A stretch of 64,000 nt of DNA, taken from the NCBI GenBank assembly GCA_965205025.1, contig CBDBFU010000033.1:32001-96000 (forward strand), given 5' to 3'. A program made the translations under genes and the position numbers. The stretch comes from Candidatus Poribacteria bacterium. GTDB lineage: Bacteria > Poribacteria > WGA-4E > WGA-3G. Below are positions 63,130 to 64,000 of this stretch, in pieces; position 1 is the stretch's first letter; each line of letters starts with the position of its first letter. The notes under the pieces are model-generated. The model did no database searches. It was given only the letters and a program-made list of their open reading frames with translations, and was not told the origin of the DNA.

Positions 63130-64000
63130 TCAGTTTTGTGTATGTTTCTGTCTATATACCTTCCCACCTTTAATTACAACGATGGGTTCAAGAATTTGAC
63201 TACTAATTCTTGCTTCTCCACTGGCATCAATTAATTGAAATTCACCATCTCTCAACTCAAAGATAACCGCATCACCCCATGCCCCTTTCGCAAGAGTGCC
63301 AACCTTACCCGGCATTAGAATAGTATCAGCAGGGATTTGTGTCACCTTTGCTAAAACGTCATCAATTGACATACCGAGATATAGAAATTTGTTCACAACA
63401 TTAATCAAATCATAAACGGGTCCATTGATATTGTAGACATGTAAATCTGAAGAAATCGTAGTAGGTTCAATTCCTTGTTCCATAGCCTTTTCCACAACAT
63501 CCCAACTGAAAGAACCTGCGCCGTGTCCAACATCAAAGATAACACCCCGTTCAATTGCCTCGTGTACTGAATCGCGTACAATCCCATTCTCATACAAAAT
63601 ACCGCATTTCATATTGTGAAAACAGTGAGTTAGTATGTCACGTTTTCCCATAACTGCCAAGATTTCATCTATAGAATCACACCATGCATCTTGAGGATGT
63701 ACCATCATTGGGAGTCCAACTGCATCTGCTGCTTCTCGTGCCTTGTATAAGGGATCCATACCGGCACGTTTTCCAACGATGGAGTTACGCGTCAAACGTA
63801 CCTTAACACCGAGAACTACATCACGATGCTGCTCTATCATCTTACAGGCTTTATCTACATCAGCATATTCTGGTATTTCTAACTCACCTATCTCTCTTGT
63901 CAACATACCTTGTGAGGAGATATTCATCTGCGCAAGTATACGAGTTTCACTTACATCAATCACATACTTACGAAAACCTGGGAAGGTATCCGCACCCGCT
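63130..64000 (-). CDS. Amidohydrolase/deacetylase family metallohydrolase (dihydroorotase-like, EF_0837 type); 5' end lies outside the window
   Basis: GVKVR, MVH, DILTHCF, FDVGHGAGSFS, TISSDLH, GTL..GA.GD. Confidence 0.85.
   Translation of the reverse strand, partial: AGADTFPGFRKYVIDVSETRILAQMNISSQGMLTREIGELEIPEYADVDKACKMIEQHRDVVLGVKVRLTRNSIVGKRAGMDPLYKAREAADAVGLPMMVHPQDAWCDSIDEILAVMGKRDILTHCFHNMKCGILYENGIVRDSVHEAIERGVIFDVGHGAGSFSWDVVEKAMEQGIEPTTISSDLHVYNINGPVYDLINVVNKFLYLGMSIDDVLAKVTQIPADTILMPGKVGTLAKGAWGDAVIFELRDGEFQLIDASGEARISSQILEPIVVIKGGKVYRQKHTQN

Overview
AT-rich bacterial window. The LamG protein ending KLTTTWGSIK, the WD40 protein starting QWHLPEGAKARLGKG and the PhyH/CehA-type enzymes suggest Candidatus Poribacteria (inference). 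Several genes are broken by small indels, many in homopolymers and probably assembly errors. The left half (1-33.7 kb) is metabolic and envelope: a GmrSD-type HNH end, a CehA/McbA hydrolase, an MDR dehydrogenase, EamA, two tandem M61-like lipoprotein peptidases, a cyclase, a YafK-type L,D-peptidase, alpha-2-macroglobulin, a trypsin-YvlD fusion, LamG, gpmI, prs, GT4 and PhyH. From 34 to 57.7 kb is a defence island in which a type I R-M operon (hsdM, hsdS, hsdR, M48/YgjP) is spread over about 21 kb by cargo genes (DUF433-DUF5615 fusion, Avs4-like STAND nuclease, HicB fusion, WD40), followed by a TIGR04255-like/Panacea/RelE-like triad. The right end has uvrA, an orphan Phd antitoxin, a duplicated nucleotidyltransferase and an amidohydrolase. 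The most unusual signal is non-coding: the intergenic DNA is built from at least seven short repeat families that insert site-specifically into one another and into themselves, with empty and filled sites both visible. No transposase, RAYT, cas gene, rRNA or tRNA was recognised in the window.
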